64,000 nt of DNA from an uncultured Chloroflexia bacterium (GCA_963748625.1 CAVVJT010000010.1:288001-352000); one strand, 5' to 3'. Shown: positions 30,676-42,080, counted from the stretch's first letter. Numbers and translations: made by a program. Notes: generated by a model from the letters alone, not told the origin.

Positions 30676-31157
30676 GAGTGCGATCCCTGCTCGCGCTCCG
30701 CTCCAAGGCGATCCGCGCGTGCGCGAATCGAGCGCGGAAGCGTGACCCACTCCAGGTACAGCGCCTCGAACTCCGCGATCAGGCGCGCCCGCTCCTTCAT
30801 CACGGCGGCCCACTCGTCAAGCGCGGTCAGTCCGGCTTCGGTCATCGTGTAGTCACGGCGAGCGGGGCCGCTACCGGTCGCCCACTGCGAGCTGACCAGG
30901 CCCTGCTTCTCCAGGTCGCGCAGGGTCCGGTAGACCTGGCCGACATCGACCGACCCGTTGGTGATGCCCAGCTCCGCGAGCTGCCCGACGATCGCGTAGC
31001 CGTGCTCACTGCCGCTTGCGAGCAGCGTCAGCACGAAGGGCTCCATCCAACGGTGGTGGATGCCCACCTGCGCCCATCCACGGTGCACGGGCGTCCCGTG
31101 GGCATCGTGTGCGGACGCGATCTCGAAGCCGCGTTCGCGGGCGGGCTGGTCATCCAT
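30672..31157 (-). CDS. PadR-family transcriptional regulator
   Basis: HGYAI, GQVYRTLRDLEKQGLVSSQW, GPARRDY. Confidence 0.9.
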   Translation of the reverse strand: MDDQPARERGFEIASAHDAHGTPVHRGWAQVGIHHRWMEPFVLTLLASGSEHGYAIVGQLAELGITNGSVDVGQVYRTLRDLEKQGLVSSQWATGSGPARRDYTMTEAGLTALDEWAAVMKERARLIAEFEALYLEWVTLPRSIRARADRLGAEREQGSHS

Positions 31158-31263
31158 TGGCGCGGAGCATAGATGGTCAGGACACATGGGGCGAGGCGAT
31201 TCCCGGTGGCGTCGATGCCGGAACGACCCCCGCGACCATCGTGGCTTTCGGTAGCCTGCGGGA

Positions 31264-33153
31264 ATGCCTGCCGTCGATCAGACCCTTGCCGCCATCGTCG
31301 ATGCCTTCCTGCCGGCCGCGGACGGCCTGCCCTCGGCCAGCGAGATGGGAATCCACCGGCGTCTCCTCGAGGAGGTGGACGCGCTCGGCAAGCCCGCCCT
31401 GCGGCGGCAGCTCGACCTGCTCCTGTGGGCGGCCGACTCACGCCTGGGAAACCTCGCGGTCTCGGGGCGCCCCGTGCGGGTCTCGTCGCTCGACCTGGCC
31501 GCGCGCCAGGCCTGGCTCAAGCGTCTTGCGGACAGCCCGATCCCCTTGCGCCGGACGGCCTTCCAGGACCTCAAGCGCCTCACACTCCTGCTCGCCTATG
31601 GGATCGAGGACTCCCCATGGCGCGCCCAGACCGGCTTTGTGGCGCCGGTGCCCGACGCGCCGTCCCCGAGTGCAATCCGCGTGCGCACGCCGCGCGCGGG
31701 CGAGACGCTCGAGGCGGACGTGGTGGTGATCGGCTCGGGTGCCGGCGGCGGGGTGACCGCGGACGTCCTTGCGGCCGCGGGACGGAAGGTGCTCGTGCTC
31801 GAGCAGGCGGCGATGGTCAGCGAGGACCGGTTCGGCGGACCCGAGCTCGATGGGCTGGGCGCGCTGTTCCTGGACCGTGGGCTCGCGGCGACGAGCGACC
31901 GGTGGATCTCGATCCGCGCCGGCGCCGCGGTGGGCGGCGGGACCGTCGTCAACTGGAGCTCGTCGCTCCGCGCACCCGCCGCCGTGCGGGACGAGTGGCG
32001 CGCCGCAGGCGTCGGTGACGACCTCGACGCGCACTACGACGCGATCAGCGAATCGCTCGGCGTGACCACGGCCGAGAGCGCGCTCAACGGGCCCAACGGG
32101 CGGCTGGCCGCCGGCATGGACGCCCTGGGGATCCCGTGGGTGCCGATGCCCCGTTCGGTCCGCGGCTGCACCGACTGCGGGCCGTGCGCGGTGGGCTGCC
32201 GGAGCGGCGCCAAGCAGTCCGTCCTGCGCGTGTCGCTCGCCGCGGCGTGCGCGAACGGGACCGAGGTCCTCGACCGGACCCGGGTCAGCAGGGTGCTCCT
32301 CGAAGGTGGCAGGGCGGTCGGGGTCACGGCGGACGTCCCCGGTGGCACGATCACGGTCCGCGCGCGCCAGGTGGCGCTTGCGGGGGGCAGCATCCTCTCG
32401 CCCGCCGTCCTGCTCCGGTCGGGCATCGCGCCCAACACGGCCGGGCGGGGCCTGCACATCCACCCGGTCGCCGCGATCGGCGGCGTCTACGAGGAGAGCC
32501 TCTCCCCGTGGTCCGGGGCGCCGCAGACGGTGATGAGCGACCACTACGGCGAGGTCGACGGCCGGTGGGGCTTCCGCATGGAGGCGGCCCCCACCCACCC
32601 CGGCCTGATCGCCTCGGGGTTCCCGTGGTGGGGCCCGGAGCACCACCGGGAGTACATGCGCCGCAGCGACAACGTCGCGGCGTTCCTCGCGATCGTGCGC
32701 GATGAGAGCACCGGCCGGATCACGGCGGACAAGGGCGGCGGCGTGACGGTCCACTACGCGCCGGGTGCCCGGGAGCGCGAGCACCTGCGCCGCGCGCAGC
32801 TCGAGCTGGCGAGGATTCACCGGGCGGCGGGCGCGCGACGGATCGTGCCGCTGGTGACCCCGCCCCTGGACTGGGACGAGGGCCAGCCGTTCGAGCCCTT
32901 CCTCGAGCGCCTGGCAGCGCGCCCGATCGCATCGAACCGGGTGCTGCTGTTCACGGCCCACCAGATGTCGTCGTGCCGGATCGGCCACAGCCCCAAGGAC
33001 AGCGTCGCCAACCCCGACGGCCAGGTGCACGGCGTGCCGGGGCTGTGGGTCACGGATGCGTCGGCCATGCCGAGCGCGACCGGCGTCAACCCGCAGCTCT
33101 CGCTGATGGCCCTCTCGCGACGGACCGCGACGAGGATGGCCTCGGCGTCCTGA
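31264..33153 (+). CDS. GMC-family flavin oxidoreductase (long-chain alcohol oxidase-like)
   Basis: DVVVIGSGAGGG, GGGTVVNW, CTDCGPCAVGC, AHQMSSC, DASAMPSATGVNP. Confidence 0.9.
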   Translation: MPAVDQTLAAIVDAFLPAADGLPSASEMGIHRRLLEEVDALGKPALRRQLDLLLWAADSRLGNLAVSGRPVRVSSLDLAARQAWLKRLADSPIPLRRTAFQDLKRLTLLLAYGIEDSPWRAQTGFVAPVPDAPSPSAIRVRTPRAGETLEADVVVIGSGAGGGVTADVLAAAGRKVLVLEQAAMVSEDRFGGPELDGLGALFLDRGLAATSDRWISIRAGAAVGGGTVVNWSSSLRAPAAVRDEWRAAGVGDDLDAHYDAISESLGVTTAESALNGPNGRLAAGMDALGIPWVPMPRSVRGCTDCGPCAVGCRSGAKQSVLRVSLAAACANGTEVLDRTRVSRVLLEGGRAVGVTADVPGGTITVRARQVALAGGSILSPAVLLRSGIAPNTAGRGLHIHPVAAIGGVYEESLSPWSGAPQTVMSDHYGEVDGRWGFRMEAAPTHPGLIASGFPWWGPEHHREYMRRSDNVAAFLAIVRDESTGRITADKGGGVTVHYAPGAREREHLRRAQLELARIHRAAGARRIVPLVTPPLDWDEGQPFEPFLERLAARPIASNRVLLFTAHQMSSCRIGHSPKDSVANPDGQVHGVPGLWVTDASAMPSATGVNPQLSLMALSRRTATRMASAS

Positions 33154-33408
33154 GATCGGGCGGCCCTCGGCAGGGCCGTGCTCCCGCCGACGTCGGCAGG
33201 GCGCCCGCTCGGCAGGGCACGGCACAGGCACGACACTCACGCACGGCACGGCACGGCACACGCACGACACGGCAGGGCGCCAGCTCGACACCCGCGCACG
33301 ATTCCACTTGACGCGAGGGCCTGCCTACGTGACCCTGCGCGGAACACCCGCGCGGCGGCCGGCACCTGTCGGCCGGTCGAGGAGGCCGCGGGCACAGGAG
33401 GTCTGTCG

Positions 33409-33894
33409 ATGCGCCCTCTCCCTGCGACCCTTGCCATGGCCCTGGCCCTCTCCCTCGCCGTGTCGGCGTGCGGAGGCGGCTCCACCGGGGATGGCGGGGC
33501 CGGCACGGGAGCCGTGGCGCCTGAGAGCATCGAGGCGCCCGTCGTGGTCGGCGAGCTTCCCGGCGTGGGCAACCTGCTCTTCGGGGCCTCCTACGATCCC
33601 GCGACACTGGGGGTCGACGCACCTGTCACGAACGTCAAGCAGGGGACGTCACCACTCATCGTGGTGGGCCGGACCATGGCGCCGGTCGATCCCACGGGTG
33701 TGACCATCCAGATCGGCCAGGGCAGCGCCGCGAAGAAGGCGCGCCCGATCCTCGCCTCCGACAAGCCCGCCGATGCGCAGCTGCTCGCGGCCGACATCGC
33801 AGCCGACAACCTCAAGCCGGGGACCTGGATCGTCAACTTCATCTCGAAGCGGGGGCGGATCCTCGCGTCGGGGTACCTCGTCGTCGACAAGTGA
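33409..33894 (+). CDS. Hypothetical lipoprotein
   Basis: AGGAGG RBS; lipobox VSAC-GGG after a hydrophobic stretch. Confidence 0.75.
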   Translation: MRPLPATLAMALALSLAVSACGGGSTGDGGAGTGAVAPESIEAPVVVGELPGVGNLLFGASYDPATLGVDAPVTNVKQGTSPLIVVGRTMAPVDPTGVTIQIGQGSAAKKARPILASDKPADAQLLAADIAADNLKPGTWIVNFISKRGRILASGYLVVDK

Positions 33895-33903
33895 CGCGGC
33901 GGT

Positions 33904-33963
33904 CAGGCGCCGGGCGCTGACGCCGGGCGCCGGGCGCCGGGCGCCGGGCGCTGACGCTGGGCG
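33904..33963. repeat. Heptamer GGCGCCG-type tandem repeat after a stop codon
   Basis: gggcgcc units interspersed with gctgacg. Confidence 0.7.
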
Positions 33964-34239
33964 AGCGGCCATATCCTAGTCCGCTTGTCGGAATTTGACG
34001 GATCAAGCACGCGTGGGGCAGGATGCGTGACGTGAACCTGCATCGGTGCTCCTGCGCGTGTCCCTGGCGGCTGTGACGCCGCCGTCGCTCGCCGTGTCCC
34101 GCGTCCCCCGCGCCTGACAACCGCCCGAGCCACCGCACCGCCGACCGGCATCCCGCACGGGACCGCTGGCCCGCCGTCTCGCAGCCGCACCCCTTCGACC
34201 GCCCTCCGGTGGTCCGACCCTGCCCGCTACCGGTGCCCT

Positions 34240-35127
34240 ATGTCATCCCGTCGCTCCCCCAACCCGTCCGCCCTCGACGTTCCGCATCCCTCGGACCTCC
34301 TGTCCCTCGCCGCGCACATCGCCGAGGACGAGGAGGCCTTCCACGGCCTCCTCCCAGACCGCTCGCTCGTCGCGCACTTCGTGGACGGCGTGGTCTCCCT
34401 GCTCTTCCCTGACGGCCGCCAGGCGCCACGGACCCCGACCGGCATCCGTGCCGAGCTCGAGGCACGGTGCCGTGCCCTGACCCCCGTCCTCGCCCCGCTC
34501 CGCGACCGCATTCCGGCCTCGCCCGACGACCTCGCCGAGAAGTTCCTGGACATGCTCCCGGCCATCCACGAGGCACTGAGCCTTGACGCCGAGGCCATCG
34601 AGGCCGGCGACCCCGCAGCCCACGGCACTGCAGAGGTGGTCCTCGCCTACCCGGGCTTCCAGGCGCTCGCCTACTACCGGGTCGCCCATGCCCTGCATCT
34701 CGAGGGGATCCCGCTCGTCCCGCGGATGATCTCCGAGATCGCGCATGGCCGGACCGGCGTGGACATCCACCCGGCGGCCTCGATCGGGCGCAGCTGCTGC
34801 ATCGACCACGGGACCGGTGTCGTCATCGGTGAGACGGCGATCATCGGCAACGACGTCAAGCTCTACCAGGGCGTCACGCTGGGCGCGCTGTCGGTGAGCA
34901 AGCAGGCGTCCGGGACCAAGCGCCACCCGACCATCGAGGACCGCGTCGTCATCTACGCCAACGCGACCGTCCTGGGCGGCGACACCGTCGTCGGCTCCGA
35001 CTCGGTCATCGGCGGCAACGTCTGGCTGACCCACTCGGTGCCCCCCAACTCGCTCGTCTACCACCAGAGCCAGGTCAAGGTGCGAACCGTGACCGAGATG
35101 GCCGACCCCATCGACTTCGTGATCTGA
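34240..35127 (+). CDS. cysE: Serine O-acetyltransferase
   Basis: [46 protein letters not shown]. Confidence 0.93.
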   Translation: MSSRRSPNPSALDVPHPSDLLSLAAHIAEDEEAFHGLLPDRSLVAHFVDGVVSLLFPDGRQAPRTPTGIRAELEARCRALTPVLAPLRDRIPASPDDLAEKFLDMLPAIHEALSLDAEAIEAGDPAAHGTAEVVLAYPGFQALAYYRVAHALHLEGIPLVPRMISEIAHGRTGVDIHPAASIGRSCCIDHGTGVVIGETAIIGNDVKLYQGVTLGALSVSKQASGTKRHPTIEDRVVIYANATVLGGDTVVGSDSVIGGNVWLTHSVPPNSLVYHQSQVKVRTVTEMADPIDFVI

Positions 35128-35140
35128 GAGGGAGTCCAAC

Positions 35141-36055
35141 GTGCTCTACAACAGCGTCCTGGAGCTCATCGGCAACACGCCGCACGTCCGCATCAACAAG
35201 CTCTACGACCCCCGGGTGACCGTATACGCGAAGCTGGAGCGCCAGAACCCGGGCGGGTCGATCAAGGACCGCATCGGCCTCTCGATGATCGAGGACGCCG
35301 AGGCGGCAGGGATCCTGGGCCCGGACTCGGTGATCGTGGAGCCGACCTCGGGCAACACGGGTATCGGCCTCGCGCTCGTGGCGGCCGTGAAGGGCTACCG
35401 GCTGATCCTCGTGATGCCGGAGTCGATGTCAATCGAGCGCCGCAAGCTCATGCAGCTGTACGGCGCGGAGCTCGACCTCACGCCGCGCGAGCTGGGCATG
35501 AAGGGCGCGATCGCCCGCGCCAGGGAGATCGTCGAGGCAACGCCCGGGGCCTGGCTGCCGATGCAGTTCGAGAACCCGTCCAACCCCGCCGTCCACCGCC
35601 GGACCACCGCCGAGGAGATCGCGACCGACTTCCCCGACGGCCTGGACTACATCGTGACGGGCGTCGGCACAGGCGGCCACATCACCGGCGTCGCCGAGGT
35701 GCTCAAGGAGCGCTGGCCGAACCTGAAGGTGTACGCGGTGGAGCCGACGCTCTCGCCGGTGCTCTCCGGCGGCGCGCCGTCCCCGCACCCGATCCAGGGC
35801 ATCGGGGCCGGGTTCGTCCCCGCCGTCATGCGCACCGAGCTGCTGGACGGGATCATCCAGGTGGCCCCGCCCGACGCGTTCGCGTGGGCCCGCCGCTCGG
35901 CCGCCGAGGAAGGCATCCTGGTGGGGATCTCGTCGGGCGCGTCGCTCGCCGCGGTTGCCCAGCTGCTGCCCGAGGTCCCCGACGGCGCGCGGATCCTGGC
36001 CTTCACCTACGACACCGGCGAGCGCTACCTCTCGGTGGACGCGCTCTTCGCCTGA
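35141..36055 (+). CDS. cysK: Cysteine synthase A
   Basis: [44 protein letters not shown]. Confidence 0.95.
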   Translation: MLYNSVLELIGNTPHVRINKLYDPRVTVYAKLERQNPGGSIKDRIGLSMIEDAEAAGILGPDSVIVEPTSGNTGIGLALVAAVKGYRLILVMPESMSIERRKLMQLYGAELDLTPRELGMKGAIARAREIVEATPGAWLPMQFENPSNPAVHRRTTAEEIATDFPDGLDYIVTGVGTGGHITGVAEVLKERWPNLKVYAVEPTLSPVLSGGAPSPHPIQGIGAGFVPAVMRTELLDGIIQVAPPDAFAWARRSAAEEGILVGISSGASLAAVAQLLPEVPDGARILAFTYDTGERYLSVDALFA

Positions 36056-36190
36056 TCCGCCGACACCGCCACCGGCACCCGCACCGGTACCTTCGTTCGG
36101 GGGTCCCGGCCTTCCGGGTCGTGTCGCCAAAACGCACCATGGACCACCATCGTCCTCGCCGGGGAGAGGCACCGCGTCGTCACTCGTGCG

Positions 36191-36697
36191 ATGCGCCAGC
36201 GTCAAGGAGTTGGAACCGTGGTGGGGAGCTTGCCCGTCCCCACGGGCTGGGATGATCCGCTCACCGGCCTCGAAGGGCCAGACTTCTGGCAGCGCGTGCT
36301 CGTGTCGGAGACCGCGCGCGCGTATCGCTACAAGCGGTCGCTGACCGTCGTCCTGATCGAGCTCGCCGGGCTCGAGCGCCTCGAGGAGGCATGGGGCATC
36401 GACCTCACCCGGCACGCCGTCCGCGAGGCGGCCCAGTGCCTGCGGCGGACCTCGCGCACAAGCGACTACTGCACCCGGATCGGCACGGGCCTGTTCGGCG
36501 TGATCCTGACCGAGACCGATGAGATCGCAGCGATCAACTTCGTGGAGCGCGTCCGCGAGGCCGGCCCCCAATCGATGCCGCGAGGTGGCGATCGGCTGCA
36601 GTTCCGGCTCGGCTGGGCGAGCCCCAGGTCGGGGGAGTCCGCCGATGCACTGGTCCGGCGGACACACGACCGCCTGGCCGCCGACGTGGCGGTCTGA
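36191..36697 (+). CDS. Stand-alone degenerate GGDEF-domain protein
   Basis: DPLTGL start; RTSD I-site; the GGDEF position reads GTGLF. Confidence 0.8.
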   Translation: MRQRQGVGTVVGSLPVPTGWDDPLTGLEGPDFWQRVLVSETARAYRYKRSLTVVLIELAGLERLEEAWGIDLTRHAVREAAQCLRRTSRTSDYCTRIGTGLFGVILTETDEIAAINFVERVREAGPQSMPRGGDRLQFRLGWASPRSGESADALVRRTHDRLAADVAV

Positions 36698-36748
36698 TCA
36701 TCGACGTGGCAGTCTGACCGGGCAACCCCGCCCAGCCCGGAGCCTCCC

Positions 36749-37327
36749 CTGGAAGCCTTCATCCTCTCGTTCGGCGTGATCTTCATCGCGGAGCTCGGCG
36801 ACAAGAGCCAGCTCATGGCGCTCGCGTTCGCCACGCGCTACCGGCCGCTGGTCGTGCTGGCCGCCGTGACCCTGGCGACCCTGCTCGTCCACCTGGGGTC
36901 GGTGGTGCTGGGCAAGGCCTTCGCGCTCGTGCTGCCGGTCGGGCTCATGAACGTGCTGGCCGGCATCGCGTTCCTGGTGTTCGCCGCGTGGACGATCCGC
37001 GGTGACAGCCTCGACGCCCGCGACGAGGACCGGGCGCGCCGGGGCGGACGCTGGGCGCTGCTCACGATCGGCACGGCGTTCTTCCTCGCGGAGCTCGGGG
37101 ACAAGACGATGCTCGCAACGATCACCCTCGCGACGACCAACGACGGGCTGGGCACGTGGCTCGGCTCCACGGCCGGCATGGTGGCTGCCGATGCGCTTGC
37201 CATCGGCATCGGTGCCGTGCTCGGCACGCGGCTCCCGGAGCGGACCATCAAGATCTTCGCCGCCGTGCTGTTCCTCCTGTTCGGCTTGCTGCTGATCGCG
37301 CAGGGTCTCGGATGGATACGGTTCTGA
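36749..37327 (+). CDS. TMEM165/GDT1 (UPF0016) Mn2+/Ca2+ exporter
   Basis: Two ELGDK[S/T] motifs; probable CTG start at 36749 after GGAG. Confidence 0.9.
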   Translation: MEAFILSFGVIFIAELGDKSQLMALAFATRYRPLVVLAAVTLATLLVHLGSVVLGKAFALVLPVGLMNVLAGIAFLVFAAWTIRGDSLDARDEDRARRGGRWALLTIGTAFFLAELGDKTMLATITLATTNDGLGTWLGSTAGMVAADALAIGIGAVLGTRLPERTIKIFAAVLFLLFGLLLIAQGLGWIRF

Positions 37328-37346
37328 GTCCCGGGCCGCAGCGGCC

Positions 37347-38147
37347 GTGATCCACCTCACCGAGGCGCGCCTCGTGCCGCCGCGTGACGCCACGGGCTTC
37401 CCGTTCGACCTGCCGGTCGTGCGCTCGATCGAGCGCCTGCGGTTCACGGCCCCGGTGACGATGCTCGTGGGCGAGAACGGCTCGGGCAAGAGCACGGTGC
37501 TCGAGGCCCTCGCAATCGCGGCGAAGGCGATCACCGCAGGCTCGGCCGAGGCGGCGGACGACGCCACGCTCGACCGGGTGCGTGCGCTCGCGGGGGCCTT
37601 CAAGCTTGCCTGGACCTCGCGCACCCACCGCGGGTTCTTCCTGCGCGCCGAGGACTTCTTCGGGTTCGCCAAGCGGACCACGGCGCTGCGGGCGGAGCTC
37701 GAGGCGGGGCTGGCGGCCGTGGACAAGGAGTACGAGGGTCGCCCGGGTCTCGCCCATGATCTCGCGCGCACGCCCTACCTGCGCGAGCTGGGCGACCTGG
37801 AGCGCCGCTACGGCGAGGGCCTCGACGCCGGCTCCCACGGCGAGGCGTTCCTGCGCTTCTTCGCCGCACGTCTCGTGCCAGGCGGCATCTACTTCCTCGA
37901 CGAGCCGGAAGCCCCGCTCTCGCCGGGCCGGCAGCTGGCGCTCCTGGTCCTGCTGCGCGAGATGGTCGACCAGGACTGCCAGCTGGTCGTGGCGACCCAC
38001 TCCCCCATCCTGCTCGCGCTGCCCGGCGCCGAGATCTGGTCGTTCGACAGCGCCCCGCCGCGGGTCGCGCGCTGGGAGGACCTGGAGCACGTGCGGCTCA
38101 CGCGGGACTTCCTGGCCAACCCGGAGGCGTTCCTGCGCCACCTGTAG
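37347..38147 (+). CDS. AAA/ABC-type ATPase (COG3910-like)
   Basis: GENGSGKST, GFFLRAE, SHGEAF, LDEPEAPLSP, ATHSPIL. Confidence 0.88.
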   Translation: MIHLTEARLVPPRDATGFPFDLPVVRSIERLRFTAPVTMLVGENGSGKSTVLEALAIAAKAITAGSAEAADDATLDRVRALAGAFKLAWTSRTHRGFFLRAEDFFGFAKRTTALRAELEAGLAAVDKEYEGRPGLAHDLARTPYLRELGDLERRYGEGLDAGSHGEAFLRFFAARLVPGGIYFLDEPEAPLSPGRQLALLVLLREMVDQDCQLVVATHSPILLALPGAEIWSFDSAPPRVARWEDLEHVRLTRDFLANPEAFLRHL

Positions 38148-38198
38148 CGAGGTACGCTGATCGCCGCCGGCGTCGCCGATTGCCGGACAGGACTGGAG

Positions 38199-39503
38199 GT
38201 GGCATCGGTGGTGCAGTCCGAGGACCCCGCGCCCGGGGCGCGCTTCGGCGTCCATTCCGAGGTGGGCCGCCTGCGGCGCGTCATGGTCCACCACCCGGAC
38301 CTCGAGCTCAAGCGTCTCACGCCCGCCAACCACGATGAGCTGCTGTTCGACGACGTGCTCTGGGTCCGCCGGGCGCGCCGCCAGCACGATGCCTTCGTGG
38401 AGATCCTGGAGGACCACGGCGTGGAGGTGCTCCACCTCGAGCAACTCCTGGCCGAGGCGCTTGCCGACGCGGAGGGCCGGGCCTGGGTGCTCGATCGCGC
38501 CGTCTCCGACTTCACGGTGGGCGCGGGCATGGCCGACGAGGTGCGCGCCTACCTCGACGAGGTGGCCCCCGCGACGCTGGCCGATCACCTGATCGGGGGT
38601 CTCACGGCGCGCGAGGCCTTCGCGCTCCTGCACGGGCGGGCGGGCGCCACCGGCGCTGAGGCGATCCGCCGCGGGTCCCTCGTCGTGTCCGCGATGGCTG
38701 ACGACGACTTCGTGCTGCGCCCGCTGCCCAACAGCTACTTCACGCGCGACCCGTCCGCCTGGATCTACGGCGGCGTGGTGGTCAACCCGATGTACTGGCC
38801 CGCGCGGCGTCTCGAGGCGCTCAACACCGAGGCGATCTACCGCTTCCACCCGGACTTCCGCGATGGCGACTTCTCGTTCTGGTACTCCCGCGAACAGGAG
38901 GGCGAGGACTTCGGCCGGGCCAGCGCCGAGGGCGGCGACATCATGCCCATCGGCAACCGCACGGTCGCCATCGGCATGAGCGAGCGGACGACGGGTCAGA
39001 TGATCGAGGAGATCGCGCTCTCGCTGTTCCGGGCCGGTGCCGCGGATCGCGTGATCGCAGCGGGCATGACCCGGAACCGGGGCCACATGCACCTCGACAC
39101 GGTGTTCACCTTCGTGGACCGCGACTGCGTCACGCTGTACCCCACGGTGGTGGACGCCATCGCCGCGTGGTCGCTGCGGCCGGCCGACCGGGAGGGCGAG
39201 CTCGACGTCCGTCGCGAGCCGTCCTTCCTGGGCGCGGTGCAGGACGCCCTCGGCCTCCCTGGGCTACGGGTCATCGGGACCGGCGGCAATTCCTGGCAGG
39301 CCGCCCGCGAGCAGTGGGATGACGGCAACAACCTGGTCGCGCTCGAGCCCGGCGTCGTGATCGCCTATGAGCGCAACGAGTACACCAACGACCTGCTCCA
39401 CCAGGCCGGCATCGAGGTGCTGGCCATCGACGGCTCGGAGCTGGGACGAGGCCGCGGGGGCGGCCACTGCATGACCTGTCCGATCCTGCGGGACCCGGCC
39501 TGA
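38199..39503 (+). CDS. arcA: Arginine deiminase
   Basis: [48 protein letters not shown]. Confidence 0.95.
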   Translation: MASVVQSEDPAPGARFGVHSEVGRLRRVMVHHPDLELKRLTPANHDELLFDDVLWVRRARRQHDAFVEILEDHGVEVLHLEQLLAEALADAEGRAWVLDRAVSDFTVGAGMADEVRAYLDEVAPATLADHLIGGLTAREAFALLHGRAGATGAEAIRRGSLVVSAMADDDFVLRPLPNSYFTRDPSAWIYGGVVVNPMYWPARRLEALNTEAIYRFHPDFRDGDFSFWYSREQEGEDFGRASAEGGDIMPIGNRTVAIGMSERTTGQMIEEIALSLFRAGAADRVIAAGMTRNRGHMHLDTVFTFVDRDCVTLYPTVVDAIAAWSLRPADREGELDVRREPSFLGAVQDALGLPGLRVIGTGGNSWQAAREQWDDGNNLVALEPGVVIAYERNEYTNDLLHQAGIEVLAIDGSELGRGRGGGHCMTCPILRDPA

Positions 39504-39569
39504 CGGGCGGGCGGTCGCTATCGAGCGACCGCCGGTAGGGATCCGGCGCGGGCGATGGGCGCCGGTCGT

Positions 39570-40963
39570 TCAGTGCGAGGCGATCCGCTCGGCCAGGCTC
39601 TTCCCGGTCGGCGGCTCGCCGGTGCGGGCGATCCTGTCGTCAAGGCGTCCGAGCGCCCACTGCGCGTACCGGATGCCGAGGGCACGGAACGGTTCCGGCT
39701 CCCAGCTCGTCGAGCGGTGGTTGACGACGGGCAGCGTGGTGAGCTCGCTTCGGGTGCCCGTGATCAGGTCGGTGAGCACCCGCCCGCCCAGGTTGGTGGT
39801 GGACACCCCGTGGCCGATGTAGCCGCGCGACGTCGCGATGCCGCTCACCGGGTCGTAGGCCATGGTCGGGTGCCAGTCGCGCGGCATGCCCAGCGGACCG
39901 CCCCAGGCGTGCGTGAAGCCGATGTCGCCCACCGCCGGGAACCACTCGCGCACGAAGCCGCGCAGCCGCTCGTGCGTGGCGTCATGGCGGTCGTACTCGG
40001 GCCTGATCCGGCCCCCCAGGCGGTACGGGGCACCGCGGCCGCCGAACAGGATGCGTCCATCCTCGGTCCGCGAGAGGTAGTCCACAGACAGACGCGTGGA
40101 CGCGACCAGCTCCCGGTTGCGCCAGCCGATCTCCGCCCAGGCGTCGTCCGGCACGGGCTCCGTCAGGACGATCAGCGAGTAGATCGGGCGTGAGCTGGCG
40201 GCGCATGCCGGGCAGCTCGGTGAGCCAGGCCTCGCCGGCCAGGACGACCACCGGGGCGCGCACCTCGCCGCGGTCCGTGACCAGGGCCGCACGCCCGGTG
40301 GCGTCCTTCGGGCGGACGCCGGTCACGCCGGTCCCCTCGTGCATCGTCACCCCCAGCCGCTCCACCGCCCGGGCGAGGCCGCGGGTGAGGCGCCCGGGAT
40401 GGACCACGGCCGCATCCTCGGTGACGAGGGCCTTCACGGCACCCGCGATGCGGACGCGCTCCGCGAGCTCCGACCCCTCCATGAGTCGGTAGCGGTCACC
40501 GAAGCCGAAGCGCCGGTACTCGGCAAGGCCCTCCTCGAGGGACGGCACCCCTTGCGGACCGCGCGCGACCAGCACCTCGCCACCACGGTGGAAGCCCGCG
40601 TCGATCCCAGCCTCCACACAGGCCCGGCCCACCTCGTCCACGGCGTCGTACGTGGCCTGCTGCATCCGGCGGGCGGCGTCCGTCCCGTGCAGTCGCTCGA
40701 GGCGCGACATGGAGATGTTGAGATCCGGGGCGCACCAGGCGCCGTTGCGGCCGGAGGCCCCGAATCCCGCGATCTCCCGCTCGACGACCACGATCCGCAG
40801 CGAGGGGTCGCGCTGGGCGAGGTAGTAGCGCCGTCCACAGCCCGGTCATGCCTGCACCCAGGATCGCCACGTCGGCGTCCACGGAGCCGTCGAGCGGCGG
40901 ACGCGGCGTCAGGTCGTCGCGGGAGGTCTCGAGCCAATAGGAGATGGCGGCCGCATCGGTCAT
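39570..40963 (-). CDS. FAD-dependent oxidoreductase, DAO/PuuB-like (frameshifts at ~40830 and ~40190)
   Basis: SYWL, GAGMTGLW, GFGASGRNG, VHPGRL, DGRILFGGRG, AWGGPLG, GYIGHGV over three frames. Confidence 0.85.
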
Positions 40964-41095
40964 GTCCGGATCGTACGGTGGCGCACGGCCGCCCGCCTGC
41001 CCGTTGCAGGTGGGGCAACCACCCGCGCGGCATCCTGAGCGCGTCCCGTCCGGCCACGGTAGGGTTGTCGCAATCAATCCGACCCCGAGGTACCG

Positions 41096-41444
41096 ATGAG
41101 CACCCCCACCACCTTCAGCGAGCTGTTCCGCTCGCTCGACCTGACCCTGACCATCCGCTCGCTCGCCGACGAGGACGAGGCCTGGGCCTGCACCCTCACC
41201 CGCCCTGACGGCAAGACCTACGAGATCGACTCGGTGTCGTTCTTCGACGTGGACCCGGACACGGGGACGAGTGGATCGTCGAGCCCACCCCGAGCCGCGT
41301 CCTGTCGGTGCTCGCCGGCGGCGACGTCGAAGACGAGGAGGGCGAGGACGCGGGGAACGATACCGAGGCCGCCGCGCGGGCAGTTCCTCGGTGATGCCGC
41401 GTACGAGCTGCTGCTGCAAGCTCGACGAGGAGGGCGCCGAGTAG
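41096..41444 (+). CDS. Small acidic hypothetical protein (apparently frameshifted)
   Basis: GAGG RBS; MSTPTTFSELFRSLDL...; continues across frames as EWIVEPTPSRVL...FLGDAAYELL...EEGAE*. Confidence 0.45.
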
Positions 41445-41589
41445 GCGTCGCACGCCGATCTCCACGATCGACGAGGCCGGGGCCCGCAGGGACTCCGGCC
41501 TCGTGATTCTGTGGGGATCCGGCGACGCCGGGCGACGGGCGTGCAGCCGCCGGAGACGTGCGACCGGCTCAGGAGACGGCGGCGGCGGC

Positions 41590-41869
41590 TCAGCCGACGG
41601 CGGCGATGCCAGTCGCGGCGGCCATCTCGGAGTGGCTCGGCTCCACCAGGATCGTCCCGTCCGGGAAGCACCACGATCGGGATCGCGAGGTAGCCGGCGT
41701 CGGCCAGACGGCGCTTGAGCTCGGGATCGGCGTCACGGTCGATCCAGCTGTAGGCACGCCCGTTCGCGTCGAGCCAGCGCTTGGTGCGCCGGCAGTCGCC
41801 GCACCAGTCGGCGCCGTACACGGTCAGGACATCGACGTTGAAGAGGTCATCGGGAGCAGCGGTGGTCAT
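41590..41869 (-). CDS. Glutaredoxin/mycoredoxin-like protein (frameshift at ~41665)
   Basis: TVYGADWCGDCRRTK, IPIVVL then PDGTILVEPS in the adjacent frame. Confidence 0.85.
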
Positions 41870-41897
41870 GGCATCGAGGATACCGGGAGCCCTGGAT

Positions 41898-41954
41898 GCG
41901 CATCGTGGTCGCGTCCCGGTGCACCGTGGCCGCGTCCCGGTGCACCGTGGCCGC
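41898..41954. repeat. 21-bp intergenic tandem repeat
   Basis: gcgtcccggtgcaccgtggcc at 41911 and 41932 plus a partial copy. Confidence 0.7.
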
Positions 41955-42080
41955 TGTCCCGTTGTGGCACCGCCGCCGCTTCGTTGCGCACCGCCGCCGT
42001 CGCTGTCACCGGCCCGCAACCCGCCTGGTTGTGTAGAGTCCATCTCGCGCCCCGCTATCTCCTCCTCCGAGGTCAGTCCC

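Noticed and set aside
33960-34240. SAM riboswitch or T-box upstream of cysE
   Set aside because: AT-richer patch present but no recognisable consensus.
36698-36748. yybP-ykoY Mn riboswitch before GDT1
   Set aside because: Gap is only ~50 bp and lacks the motif.
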